Below are positions 1 to 12,587 of a stretch of DNA of 64,000 nucleotides, one piece after another. Positions within the stretch are counted from its first letter, which is position 1. The number at the start of each line of letters is the position of its first letter. Below the pieces are notes generated by a model. It was not told where the DNA came from and did not search any database. It saw only the letters and a list, made by a program, of their open reading frames with translations. The stretch is from Entomortierella parvispora E1425 (taxonomy: Eukaryota; Fungi; Mortierellomycota): contig BQFW01000001.1 of NCBI GenBank assembly GCA_020891255.1, positions 1,488,001 through 1,552,000 on the forward strand, in the 5' to 3' direction. A program made the translations under genes and the position numbers.

Positions 1-1015
1 TAGACCGAGAATGACGATCTTTGAGTGCAGGCGCCAATTGGAGAACCTCGTCAACCGCGGCAGCATCCTTCATCTTGTCTTTGGCAAACCTCTCAATGAT
101 CTGAAAAGACAAATCCTCCAAGCGGGCCATCTCATGCCGGTTGTCCAGAGTGCTGCGTCGCCAGCTGATATCCTCAGGCGAAAGATCGTCCTCTTTAACT
201 GAACGATGTAGCAGTGCAAGGCAACGGGCGAGTTGACGGGTGGTTTGTAATGGCTCGTCTGGGCCGGGGAGCAGGCAGATGTAGGGCTCTCGACCCACAT
301 CCCTGCTAAAGAACGATAGAGATGCCGAACTAGCACTCGCCGTGGAGACAGAGGTGATCGCTGGAATGGGAGGGAAAGACACTTGTGGAGTAGTGGGTGT
401 AATGTTGGCAGTAGTATTAGCAGTAGTTGAGGCGGGAGAAGTCTGCAATATCACTGCGGTGCTTGACGACTCTATAATGTTGCCAGCAGCTGAGACGGGA
501 GAAGTATCCGATGTCATGGCGCTTGACGACGCTAAAGAGTTCCAATGAGTAACTCCTGCCTGGGCGATTGGCGGAGAGAATTCTAGCCCCAACAACGACG
601 GAGCTATGGTGGCTGCATGAATGGTTGCATGGATGGATTCATGGAAGGCTGCATAGGTTCTCCTTCTTCCTTCATGTTCCCCCCTATCGGTTGAAGATTT
701 TCGTCAGTATGATGGACACCGGCTGCCCAATCCTGAAAATGAGGGAACATACCTCAAATCATCTGCTCTCTCTCTACACTTGTCGGCCCTTGTCTTCTGC
801 CCTTCTGAGCGATCGAAAACCAGTGCGAGGTCCTGGAACGCAATCATCATCTCTTGCAGAACTTCAGGATCCGCTTTCTTAACGTCGATTTTGTTGAGGG
901 CACTCTTCGCAGTCCGATAGTAATGGACGGTTGCGTTTTCAGAGCCTAGAGCTTCCTGGGCTGCATTGATGCTAACTCTAGCCTGCTCCAGTGCAGCAGT
1001 TGCAGAAAAAGGCAT
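1..1015 (-). CDS. NLR-like protein, N-terminal part (Mortierella-type Arm-like repeat domain, usually followed by NACHT-WD40); truncated by window edge
   Basis: ATG at 1015, GT-AG intron 684-752 (phase restores frame), exon 2 open to base 1: ...FFSRDVGREPYICLLPGPDEPLQTTRQLARCLALLHRSVKEDDLSPEDISWRRSTLDNRHEMARLEDLSFQIIERFAKDKMKDAAAVDEVLQLAPAL, matching from memory the Arm-like N-terminus of Mortierellaceae NACHT-WD40 proteins. NACHT/WD40 are not visible in the window. Confidence 0.8.
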
Positions 1016-1670
1016 TCTGGACCTATCATAAAGTAGACATGTTCTAGCTTTCTACAGTCTCTGCGATACATGGTTGCAGTAACGGTATCTTGGAAGCCGG
1101 TACTTACACTTGTGATCGACACGCAGGCGATGGGAAAACAGTACGTTTGAAAATGACCAGCACGAATAGTACGCCGAGTCAGAAAGGGGGTATGCGATGT
1201 AAAAGAGCAGTGAAGGTGGAGGATGTGGGAAGAAACAAAGAAAGAAAGAGAGCATTGTGACCAGATCGAATCCATGTCCAGCGCTTTGTGCGTTGGCAAA
1301 GCAAACAAAAGACGAGGCGAAGCAGAGGGTGAGCGCTGGAGTGACGCATGCGACACGACACAGCACAACTTGAACAAGTCAGTGCTTGCATCGCACAGTA
1401 GGGCAGCACTGAAGAGGCGAGGGCATTGTGGACTATGACGAGCCATTCTTCTGCACAGTGGTTGTACAAACAATGCACCCATGGAGGACGAATGCATGAA
1501 GCGGACTGTGTCCGTTGGTGGCGTCAGAACAGAGAGAGAGAAAGACAAATCCCTCACGTGCCACCCTACATGAGTGCGAATGATGTCCTTCCATTGTCGG
1601 GCTACATTCCTTCTTCAATCCACTCTACATTTCACCCTCTCTTCTCAAGACACATCCCCTCCCCTCCCAA

Positions 1671-2882
1671 ATGACTACCGAACACCACCTTGTTGTCATC
1701 ACCGGAGCCAACCGCGGCTTTGGGGCCAGCGCCGCCCATTCCTACGTTGCTCACAGCGGAGCTCAGAAGGTCTCGTTCGTACTCGTGGGAAGAAATCAGG
1801 AAGGGCTCCAGTCTGTCCTGGACTCGCTTCACAGCAGCAAACACCAGGTCCAAGTCAAGGGCACCGTCGTTGCCGACGTGGATCTTGCACAGGTCGACCA
1901 GCTGGATGAGAACCTGTTGCGTATTGAAGAGGCCATCTCTGCGATCAGGGCTGATTCCTTGCAGTCCCAGGTAGAGAACGAGGATGACCAACGCTCGACT
2001 TGTGTTTTGTCGGCCTAGAAATGAAAAATGGAAGAGAACCCCTTGCAAATGGACTCGGACGATTGGTTTTTTCTGATTAGATCTTTTCTCTCTCTCGTCT
2101 CTTGTTAAAATAGGTTGTGACCAAGTCGGTGCTGATCAACAATGCGGGATCTTTGGGCGATTTGAGCAAGACAGCCAAGGAGTTTAGCTGGCAAGAAACG
2201 CGCGCCTACATGGATTTCAACGTTGCTTCGTTCGTCGGTCTCACGTAAGGCCACTTTTGCGCAACCTACAACAATCAACAACAACACTGAGCCGGCGGAT
2301 GAAATGAATTCAGGACCAACCTTGAAGTCTAGAAGACTGATCTTTCTATGGACTTTTTTATTATTATTATTATTAGATCCACTTTCATCAAGGGAACCCA
2401 GGCAGCATTCCCAAAGGAGCAGTTCCCCAACCACAAGACCGTCATCGTCAGCATCTCATCATTGTTGGCGGTTCAGGCATTTTCTAACTGGGGTCTTTAC
2501 GCTGCCGGCAAGGCTGCCCGTGATCGCTTCTTGGGCGTGATCGCGTTGGAGGAGGTAAACTCTTTTTTTTTATATGCATAGTCCTTTTCACTACCGCTGA
2601 AAAAACTCCTCACCCTAACTCAACCTTTGTCCTTTTGACCCAATGCAGAAGGACAACAATGTCAAGACTCTCAACTATGCACCAGGACCTTTGGACAATG
2701 AAATGCAGGCAGATGTCCGCCGCACGCTGGGCGACAAGGAACAATTGGAGATCTACGATGGCATGCACAAGAGTGGATCACTTGTCAAGATGGACGACTC
2801 GAGCCGAAAGTTGGTCCTCTTGTTGACTAAGGATACCTTTGAGAGTGGTGCACACATTGACTTTTATGACGAAGAAAAATAA
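1671..2882 (+). CDS. Short-chain dehydrogenase/reductase, sepiapterin reductase-like (4 exons)
   Basis: VITGANRGFG cofactor motif, LINNAGSLG, YAAGK (YxxxK), LNYAPGPLDNEMQ and C-terminal FESGAHIDFYD; GT-AG introns join in frame. Confidence 0.85.
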
Positions 2883-3001
2883 AAAACAAACTGGAAAAAG
2901 TGGGATACAATAAATTCTCGTCCTTTTTTTTTTCAGGAAAAAAAACAGTGTATATTTTTTGGAATCATTAGAGCGTTGCTTTTTTTTTTTTTAGTCATGG
3001 A

Positions 3002-5634
3002 TTATTGAGGCGGACCAAGAGGCGGCCGGACGTATCCGCTCGAGTTGGACCCGCCCGATCCAGGAGGAGGTCGCACATAGTTGTTATAGTTGGCGTCCTG
3101 GGTTCTAGTATGGGCATCCTCAAAGCCCGGTGCAGCTTGGACAACTTGGGCAGAGCCTGAGCTCGTGCTCGATTGTCGCGTCTGCATGTTGGGCCGTGGT
3201 GGCAGACTCTGTGGGGCCTGGGACGACAGAGGTTCCGAGACGGTCGTGGTGGTGGCGACCGAGGTCAAGTTCGGGTCATGCTGTTGCTGTTGCTGTTGCG
3301 CAAGGACATAGGCCAGGTACTGATCTTCAGGCACCGAATCCGGAACTCTAACCGCCACTGTGGAGGTGACACCGTTTTCTACAAAGCCGCTCTGGTTCAG
3401 AGGCAAGGGCCCATGCCCTGCAGTCGCTGACATGGAGGGCGATGCCGCAGCAATGGAGGACGCAGCATAGACATCACCCGAATGACCCGCTGAGGAAGGA
3501 GCAAAACTGCTGTTACTGTTGTAGTTGTAACTGGCGTGACTTCCCACAGGACTCGAATTGGCTGCTGTGCTGCTAAATGTTTGGTTGCTGTTCCCGCTAG
3601 TGTAGTTTGAGGTGGGGACGTAGCCAGAGATCCCAACTGGTTGAGATGTAAACGTAGGTGGTGGTCCTGAATAGGTGGATGAGGCGACGGTGGAATCTGC
3701 AAAGACGCTCACAGCCGGCGAGCCTATATGCTGTGACCTATAGACATCACCCGTTGGCACGGTCGAGGTCAAGTATCCTTGCTGAGGCACAAACCCGGCA
3801 GTAGTGGGAGGTTGCATCCCCACGCCAGCGGGTGCAGAATACGCTGTCTTTGGTATGTATGCACTTGTGGGTGCAGTCGAGGCCTGAACCATGGGAGCCG
3901 ACACTGCCTGCATCTCCTTTGGAAGCACTGCGTATTGAACAGGAGGCTGAGGATATCCCGAGTATTGTTGTTGTTGCAGATACTGGTTCTGGTTTTGGTC
4001 ATAAGGCGAGTATCCAGCAGGGAGTGTGGTGTAGCCCTCTCCGCCCCCCATCAACGGGGCCATAGATCCAAGTCCTGACTGGTCCTGAGGGTTTCTTGTG
4101 TTTGAATTCTGAGATACAAAAACGCTCTTTTGAGGATTTCGAAGATCATTCGCAAGCGTGGCGCCAGCAGCCGCAAAAGCCCCTGCCCCAAAGTCCTTTT
4201 CTGCACTGTTGGGACCCATAGCACCATTGCGAGAGGCTGCATTCGTGGCTCCCTGTTGATCTGCAGGAGCGCTATACTGGGCGCGTTCTTTCCGCTTCAA
4301 GAATACGAACACACCTGCGGCCAGGCCAATGACCGCCAATCCGCCGACCGCCCCTCCTACGATTGCGCCTGTATTGGACGATTTGGACGTGGTGCCTCCA
4401 GAGGATCCAGGAAGCGGGACTGTGGCAGACGATGGGCTTGCACCCGCGGAGGCTGAAGGTGATTTGACTGATGAGTAGTAAGATGGTGCAGTGTACGTGG
4501 TGACCCAAAGCATCTTTGTCAAGTCGAAAACCCTGGGTGGTGTGTTCAGCGTGTTAATACCATCCGTGCCTCCCCAAGCAATGAACTGGTCGCCAACAAT
4601 GATACAGCCCATGTAGGCCCGAAGGTCGCCAGGGGGGCCCTCAGTCCATTGTCCAGTGGGCACATCCAAGACATAAAACGTGTCTGTAAAGTTGCTCGGA
4701 GGTGTCACCGGGCTGTTAGGAGAACGACCTCCATAGACCACGACTGTGTTTCCGTCTTCACTAACCGCCATACAAAAGTCAGACCTGACGGGAGGAGGAG
4801 TACCCGTTGTCGTCTAAGAATAAATAAAAAAGAAAAAGTCAGTGCACGTGGCCAAAGGAGTAGCCACGCATTTTCTTCCTGCTCAAACATGGCCATATCG
4901 CTTTGCCAACTTACAAGGTTCGACCAAGTGTTTGTGCTGATGGTGTATTCCGACACATAGGTAGCGAGGGGATCGAACTCCAGGGAAAAGTTCAGACCTC
5001 CATAGTACATCAATGAGTGTCTGGCCTTGTTGTAGATTGCACCCGAGAACAGGCGCGAAGTGAACGTGTTGGATGGCATGGTCAAAAAAGACGTTGTGCC
5101 AGTGGCGTTGGGATTGAAGACGTCCAGATAAATAGATGCGTCCAAGTAAATCAGCCACGACGTTGGGTCCAGAACCGGACGCACTCCTTCTCGAGTCTCT
5201 GTCGTGGGCGGCATGGTCATGGTGGATGTTGACCACTGGTTCGCCAGGACGGAATATGTGTAGACAGTCATCGAATTGTTTACTCCGGATTGCAAGGTGT
5301 ACACTGTGTTGTTGTCGGGGGCTGCCACCATGTAGTACCAGTAGTTGGGGTTGCTAGCGGCAAGTTGTGTCCAAGGGGCGCTGCTGACGTTCCAGCTGGT
5401 TGAGAGGTCCAAGGCAAACAACTGACCAGTCAAAGCGACTTGGTTCTGGTTGACTACCTGGCGACCTCCACTGACCAAGAGTTTGCTCCCAGACCTTGCA
5501 AAAGCAAATTCCTGCACGGGGGCAGGTGTGGTGGAAGGAAGTGCCTGTGAGGATACAAGAGGGACGGTGGTCCAGACCAAGGCCAGGATAAGGCCAAGGA
5601 CAGAGGACCATGCGAAGGTGGGCATTGTGCGCAT
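3002..5634 (-). CDS. Secreted-type kelch/galactose-oxidase beta-propeller protein with single TM and low-complexity cytoplasmic tail
   Basis: Hydrophobic signal peptide (AWSSVLGLILALVWTTVPLVSSQ), kelch-like GG motifs (LVSGG, MYYGG, VVYGG, IAWGG), TM AIVGGAVGGLAVIGLAAGVFVFL followed by KRK; ORFs 4705-5649 and 3002-4771 joined by one intron near 4.79-4.91 kb. Confidence 0.8.
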
Positions 5635-7378
5635 GGACTGAATCAACAATCAATGAGGTACAAATGTGGGAATGGAGAGAGAGGAGATGGTGGAAGGAGG
5701 GATGCACAAAGAGACAAAAAGAAAGAGGCGGGAGACGAACAAACGGCCCAAAGAATACATCCATCCAGGGGCACCACGATACAACGGACCATGCTCCATG
5801 TCTCTGGGCAATTACCGTGCACAGCCCAAGTCCGCACTCTGCGACCGGCTCTGAACCCTGTCTGGTTGGTTCATGCTGTCAACCACAGGGGAGACGCACG
5901 CATTGGCCTACTGTGCTGCCGTGCTCCACCTCACCCTCTGCGCCGATGTTGTTCCTTTTTGCTCCTTCCTTGCCTTTATTTGCAGCCGTTATGCAAAGCA
6001 ATCACGGTTTGAAAAAAAAGTGCTCTCGTCTTGCTGCTCCCGTCTACCTCCTGCTCCCGACCCAAGAAAGTCCGAGCAACGTCGAGAAGACACACATATG
6101 ATGTGTGAGCCATGTATTCCAGTCACCATTCTCTCTCTCTACCAGGAGTACCGTACCTTCTTCAAAGCCAGACGGGTAGCCATCATGATCCATCACTGAC
6201 TCCCAGAGGTACATTCCAAAGTCTCGACAAACGTCCAATGACTCTTTGCTCTGCTGACAGAGGATTGTTCCGTTCACCCGCGTGGACTCTCTTTCTCCCT
6301 TTTTCGTTAGCAGGGAGGCTGAAATTGGTTGCATGCAAGATGCGATGAGCGCTCACCTCCTCAAGTCCCCTTTTTGATGGCACTGCGCTGTCTCTTTGTC
6401 TTCATCTCTTACTTTTTGCTATTTTTTTCTTTTTACTGAATCGACACTTGCAGGGGAAGTCAATTGCTATCAGAGGCATTTTTGAACAAGACAAGCAGCT
6501 TATTCAGTTGAACAATCAGCTTTGGTTCTCAGTGATGGCCAAGTAGGGGACCAGAAGGTGTCTGCTGTGGTTTGTTTGCGGTTGCTGCTCTGGCAAAGCC
6601 TCCTCCGTCAAAGAAGAAACGACATGGTCGCACAAAGAAATTCGTTTTTCTGTTTCAGCAAAGATTGTCCCTGCGCCCAGACATGGTTTATCCTCCTTAC
6701 CCTACCCCTCTTCTTCTTTCTTTATCACAAACTAGGCCGAGTTGTCACAGGTGGAGCAGTTTGAAGAAACTTTTTACAAGGAATGCTTTTCTTTTTTCAA
6801 AGCCCCGTCTCTTATCAACTAAAATCCCAGGAGGATACGCGTCAGGGACACAGGGACGAAGGTTTTCTCTCCGGAAATGAAAAAGACGCGTCGATGAACT
6901 TTAGGCGCCAACGGGCTGTACATGTACAGTAGGTGGAACATGCACGCAGACAAAGGCGCGTACCTGTGGGTATTGTCTCGGTTTGCTGTGCTGCCTCTGT
7001 TGAACCACGCTTGGTTCCTTCTCCACATCTGCCTTGTCTCTACCTCATTCACACAATACTGACCACAGACATCTTGTTTTCACTTTGTCGTTCTCTTCTT
7101 CACCCTGCTATTCTACCCCTGTGCTGCCTCCTCGCTGTGGCTTTTACTCAAGGAGACAACACCCTTGCGTTCAATTGAGCTAAGCTCCATTCGGGGATTG
7201 GGCTGAGACGATAGTTGGAGCCACAGCGGATTTATTGTTGACCAGCAATGGAACAAGGATCGGATGTCGGAATGATATGTGCCTTTTTTTGCATCTCGTT
7301 GGCGGCTCATGTTGCTTCACTATAGCTCCAAAAAATTCGGCTAGTGCGATTCAATCGCTGACTCGAAGAATATCCCCA

Positions 7379-9466
7379 TTATGAGCCTGGATATCCTTGT
7401 TTGGACTCTAGCGCGAATGAGAGTTGATCCCTCTCTGCGTTCATGGATTCTGTATACGATGGGAGTGCAGCTGGAGTCTGCATGTCATACCCACGCTGCT
7501 CCTGGTTGCCTGCTGTATCGACCGGTGCTGACTGGGATTCGCCGCGCAAAACATTGCTTATTGGCGCCATGGTGGACTCTGATGTCCTAGAGACAACGTG
7601 ATCCAGGAGTGGCAGATTTGTCAAAGTACCCTCCAGCAGGCCCATGGCCTCCTCCTCATAACTCCTTTCAGTCTCTGCCGACACCTCCTTTGAAGTACGC
7701 GAAGTCAGATATGAAGGGAGCCCCGTTCGATCCGATTCTGGCCCGGTCGGTACCCCATGTAGGATCACTGGCACTTGACCTATTACGCGCTCTTTTTCTT
7801 CTAGGTGTGGAGCCATCTTTTTGGTCTTTCGATCCAAGCCCATGACCTGCTCCATGAATCGGAGTGTATAGCGTACGAAGTGCTGAATCTCGATATGAAT
7901 CTTGCCAAACTCCTCGTCCTTGATCTCCTTATCCTCCTCATAACGCTGGACCCGCTTCAACTTCGAGACATGAGTATAAGTCGAAGAATTGGTATTGCCC
8001 CATAGCCCTCCGCCCTGTTTCCTGAGCTTTTCGTTAGGGCAACTTGGGTCTGGTACCGTGAAAGCAAACCTCTTGTAATATGTGGCCACTGGCACGCCTC
8101 CAGCACTGTTGCTCTCCGAGGAGGAGTGTTGAGGATTCTGTTCCACAGGCACCCAGGCATACGCATCTGCCCTTTGCGCATGAACAGCCCTCTCTCGAAT
8201 ACCTACAACATATCGTTTCCGACTCGCAAACGGGTCCACAATCCCTGCCAAGACGGCCGCCTCAAATATCTCTTCCTCCTTTCGTTTCTGAACTCGATAG
8301 ATGGCTCGCTCCCACAGGGCCACTTGGAAACTTTTGAGCTGGATCGTCTCTGGGCTAAGAATCGAGATCCGAACGCGTAATTCTGGTGGGTCAGACTCTT
8401 TCAAGAATTGTGTGAAAGGGATCGAGACGGAGCATTCGCAATGGCAAGGCCAGAGATCATGGATGGTCACTGGTACGAGATCGTTGGCATTGTTCTCCAG
8501 CTCCTGATTGTAAGCCTCGATGTCCAGATCATATCTCCGAGACATTTGCTGAGCATCGCTGTCAGTCATATTGGTTGAGGCAGCATCGAGTGCGGCGGCG
8601 GCGGCGGCTTCGGCAGCAATAGCTCGTTCTTCAGCCAAGGCGGCTGATGCTTGGACATAGAGACATCTGGGCCTTGGGGCACGATAAATTTGGAGAACTG
8701 TAAATGCTTCGATAGTGTTTCCATCGCTCTGGGATCCAATGCTCAGCTTGGACTTTAGTTTGTGAACAAGGTTGGTTGAGGAAGGATCCAAAACCACTTT
8801 TGCAGTGAGTCGATAATAGGTTCCCCCTTCAGGTGTCGCAATCGACGGTGGCGACAGGTTGGGAACGTGAAGAATAAACGGCACCTTGATCGTCCCTGGT
8901 TGAAGAAGGACGGTGCGCTCACCTTCTGCTGTTATCGACGTTGATGAGCCATCCAATGAGCTCTGTTCTCTGTTTTCCCGTCCTGAATCTAAAGCTTCGG
9001 CCAAGGATGGTGGTTGGAGTGGAAGCGACTGAGATATATCCAAATGAGTTTGAAACGTATGGGATCGCTTTCCAAAAGTGCCGAGCAGCGCCAGATGAGA
9101 AATGCCGCTCAGGCTTATCCTTGCATTGGAGAGAACTCGTGTTGGCTTGGTGATCTGGAAGATCAGACTGCCGGTCAGGGGTGTTGTGTACTTGCTGCGT
9201 ACTCGGCTGTTGGAGTCGTTGCTAGCGATCAGATGAGGCGGTACCATGCTGGAGATGGTGGAATTGGACAAGGATGACGAAGATGCCGATAACAAGGTCG
9301 TATCGGAAGTAGAGATCGATGATGAAGCCAGCGAGGAGGAAGAGGACCTGTTGATAGAGGACAAAGCCTGGATCATCTCTTCTTGACTGAGGGTGGGGAC
9401 AATCAAGCCCTCTCCCGGGAGAACGAGATAAGGCTCATCCAGGGAAATCTTGAGATTGGCGGACAT
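7379..9466 (-). CDS. Alpha-arrestin-like (arrestin-related trafficking adaptor) protein, single exon
   Basis: KISLDEPYLVLPG...LTGSLIFQITKP...VPFILHVPNLSPPSIATPEGGTYYRLTAKV arrestin-N-like motifs, HIEIQHFVRY / PVILHGVP arrestin-C-like motifs, two LPSY (PY-type) motifs near the C-terminus. Confidence 0.7.
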   Translation of the reverse strand: MSANLKISLDEPYLVLPGEGLIVPTLSQEEMIQALSSINRSSSSSLASSSISTSDTTLLSASSSSLSNSTISSMVPPHLIASNDSNSRVRSKYTTPLTGSLIFQITKPTRVLSNARISLSGISHLALLGTFGKRSHTFQTHLDISQSLPLQPPSLAEALDSGRENREQSSLDGSSTSITAEGERTVLLQPGTIKVPFILHVPNLSPPSIATPEGGTYYRLTAKVVLDPSSTNLVHKLKSKLSIGSQSDGNTIEAFTVLQIYRAPRPRCLYVQASAALAEERAIAAEAAAAAALDAASTNMTDSDAQQMSRRYDLDIEAYNQELENNANDLVPVTIHDLWPCHCECSVSIPFTQFLKESDPPELRVRISILSPETIQLKSFQVALWERAIYRVQKRKEEEIFEAAVLAGIVDPFASRKRYVVGIRERAVHAQRADAYAWVPVEQNPQHSSSESNSAGGVPVATYYKRFAFTVPDPSCPNEKLRKQGGGLWGNTNSSTYTHVSKLKRVQRYEEDKEIKDEEFGKIHIEIQHFVRYTLRFMEQVMGLDRKTKKMAPHLEEKERVIGQVPVILHGVPTGPESDRTGLPSYLTSRTSKEVSAETERSYEEEAMGLLEGTLTNLPLLDHVVSRTSESTMAPISNVLRGESQSAPVDTAGNQEQRGYDMQTPAALPSYTESMNAERDQLSFALESKQGYPGS

Positions 9467-10077
9467 GGTCAGACGATGTCGGGAAAATCTAAAGTGGGGA
9501 GAAACAAAAGAGAGCAAGAATGAAAGACGGAAGAGGCGACTTTGAAGGACGGGTCCGTGACCGACACAGAGCGCCCTGCGCAGCGCAGGCTGACAGCATG
9601 CGCGAATGAGAGTCGGTGGCGATGATCAGAATGAGTAGAGAGTTGCTGATGGGAAAAGGAATGATGCATCTACAAGTGGGCATGGACAGTGCTGTACTTA
9701 CTGCACGGTGTCGGAACTACAACTACATTCCTGCATCGCGCCATCCAACCATCCATCCATCCCACGCGTTTCTCGCCCAGGGTCACGCGTCTCCAAAGGC
9801 GCCGCAACTGACTGCCCCTTTTTGAGGGATGGATGGATGTGGATGGGATGCAGCCATGCATGCGCACCTCCCCTTTTAATCAGTCTCTCCGTCCTTTGCC
9901 CTTCCTCTCCTCCGTGGACCCATCCTTCCCTACAGGTCGTCATCAAGGCACTCCTCATTAGCGTCATCCCCGTCATCCCCGCAGTTGCCCGACCTTATCA
10001 TTCATCACCCTGCTTCTCATTTTGTTGATTCCTCTCATTGCACTCTGCCTTTGCTTTATTTTTATCTCTTAATACCC

Positions 10078-12306
10078 ATGTCAGACCTTCTCTCTATCCT
10101 GGACCGCCTTGTCCAAGAAAACCTCCATGGACCTATCGATCCTTCCGTGGTTGCATCCTCGAACAGTCGACAACAGCCGCAACAACCCCATGTAACGGAA
10201 GATATGGACGCACGCGATCCAAGGTATAACAGAAGAAAGAGCAGCGACGACCTAGGGGTCAACGACCCTGCACTCTCGACTGTGAAAAGATGGGTGCTTA
10301 CCTAACAGTGCTCGTTGTTATCAATCCTTCTAGATGGAAGCAACTGTTCAAAGAGTTCTTTCTGGTAGACCATTCCGATGACAGGAACGACGATCTCCTA
10401 TTTTTTGTACAAAGAGTAGACGAAGTCGAGAATGGGGGATTGGGTGTCGACCCCGTGTTTGTGAAGCGCAAGATCAAGTCGCATACGAAACCACTTGGGC
10501 ATCAACAACTGGAGCAACATCTACAGGAGAAGGGACAGAGGCTTCTGACCCCTGCTCAGGAAGCTGTCGTCCTTTGGAAGGATACCTTTTTCTTGAACGT
10601 CATTGTTCAGGTAGGTCTTCATGAACCCGTGGAGCAGCCTAGACTGGGCTATGAGACCACTTGTGCTAATCAATTTTTTTACTCGTGGTCAGCTTCAATG
10701 CAAATTGACCGTAGCAGTATGCTCTCGAGTGTCCGAGACAGATCCAGAGACAGGCGTCGTCAGGACAAGCATGACCTGTACGCGAAAACATGTCTCTAAA
10801 AGGGTTTACGCCTCGCCTACAAAATCCCGCATGGATGTTAAGGAAGAGTCTGTAGAGTGCTCCTGGCCCCTGATTTACTACGTGGTGGACGACTTTGAGG
10901 ACATGTTTGAGCAATTGATGGTTCGAGATAACGAGTACCTCTGCGTTGAATTAGCGGTGACCCTTCCAACAGCAACAATATCGTCAACGTCTGTAACAGG
11001 AGACAGTGGCGGCGTTACTAAAATCTCCACATCTGGACTAGCGCGTCATGCGCAACCAGTGTCGAGTCCTGATGGATTGCGTGCAGGGAAACCGTTTCCG
11101 AGCGCATCCTTCATGACCTCCCCTAATACACCAGGATCGGCGAGAGTGAGCAACAAGATTACATTGTTCCAAGGAGCAGCTGGATTTCAGAGTCTGCTAG
11201 GAATCTATCAGCAAAAGGCCGCACCAAAGATTGGAAAACGATCGTTCAAAAACCTTTTGGGACCCTTGACTGTGCCCACCGAGTTTGTGATGATGCGTGG
11301 ACCTGGTGGACGTGGACATGCCCAGGTAAAAAGCGGGGCACAGTGCCGACTCTTTGAAATGAGTGACTGATTTCTAATTTTTTTTTTTTTTTTTTTTTGT
11401 GGTTAGGTGGCTATAACAGCCTCCAATATCAGTGATGACCCAGCGTTGGCCTATGTCGAGGAGGATTCATCTCCAACAAACATGGGTGCCAATGGAAATG
11501 GACATGGATATGGATACAACAGCCCCGCATCGACCGAGAAGAAACTGCCGCCAATACCAGGAGTGCCAGATCAACCCAACGATCTATCTCATCATACCAC
11601 GACGTCAGGGTCTCCAGCCGTAACATCCTCACCTGTCCCACCTTCGAAACCCAGGATTGAGATTGTCAATACAGCATCACCTTCTCAACAGCAATCTGCT
11701 GCTGCAGCGCCGACCCCACCACCCAAAGCCAGCCCGACTTCTGTGAGCTCTGGTGCCAGAACCTTTTCGACCGGCTCCTTTTTTCAGTCCCTACGACGCA
11801 TATCGCTGTCAACTTTGGCGCAAGCTGGAGTCTTTGGTGTCACCAGCAGTAGCTCTTCTGAGTTTACTTCTAGCACTGGTGTTAGTGGCAGCGGCGGCGT
11901 TATCAATGCAGCTTCGTCTCCAACCACAACTACGACGGCACATCATCCAATCCATGTCCATGTGAACACCTCCAGTCATAGTCTTGGTCGACCATCGTCT
12001 GCTTCCTCACCCCCTTCGTCTCCAATCTCCGTTTCTGGACAAAAGAAACAGCTCAACGTGGCTCAGGTCTCGTATCCATTACCGCCTTCTTCTGTCTCGT
12101 CAGCAGCAGGTTCGACGACAGAGAGTGTTACCGTGGGAACGAGACAGGAGATTGAGGCATTGGTGAAGCAGCCCCAGAGTTTACGATGCTGCATGACTTT
12201 TGTCAATGTGCCTTGGACCGGCATTGTGACTCTGCTGATGAACCATGCCTATAGCGTTCAACTGAGCGCCATCAATGCCGCGGTCCCGCGTTCGACCGCC
12301 CCATAG
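10078..12306 (+). CDS. DUF2045 / KIAA0930-like conserved protein (4 exons)
   Basis: DDLLFFV, KRVYASP, YYVVDDFEDMF...YLCVELA, TLFQGA, EFVMMRGPGGRGHAQVAIT and LRCCMTFVNVPW motifs; introns near 10224-10333, 10.61-10.69 kb and 11.33-11.41 kb restore the frame. Confidence 0.8.
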
Positions 12307-12587
12307 TCTAGCATAGGAAGAAACGACAAAGCCAGGGGGGTTTCAACGCCTTTCGAGAAAATAAACAGCAGGGCGAAGCAATCACCACCGACAAGTGCGA
12401 ATGTCTTTAAAAAGTCTGATCATGGTCGACCACAGACTCTTTTTGCCTCTTTTCTTTCTTCTCCCTCGCCCCTTCATCCTCTCCCGCCTCGGATCAACAG
12501 CGACGAGCCACTATTGTGTCTTACGGCTACAACAACCCTCGTATCCATTCTATCTGAGATTAACGCAGCATTCATACACCTGACCAC

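Noticed and set aside
5650-7378. 1.7-kb gap with many short ORFs
   Set aside because: No recognisable protein motif, repeat or RNA consensus found; treated as promoter/UTR sequence.
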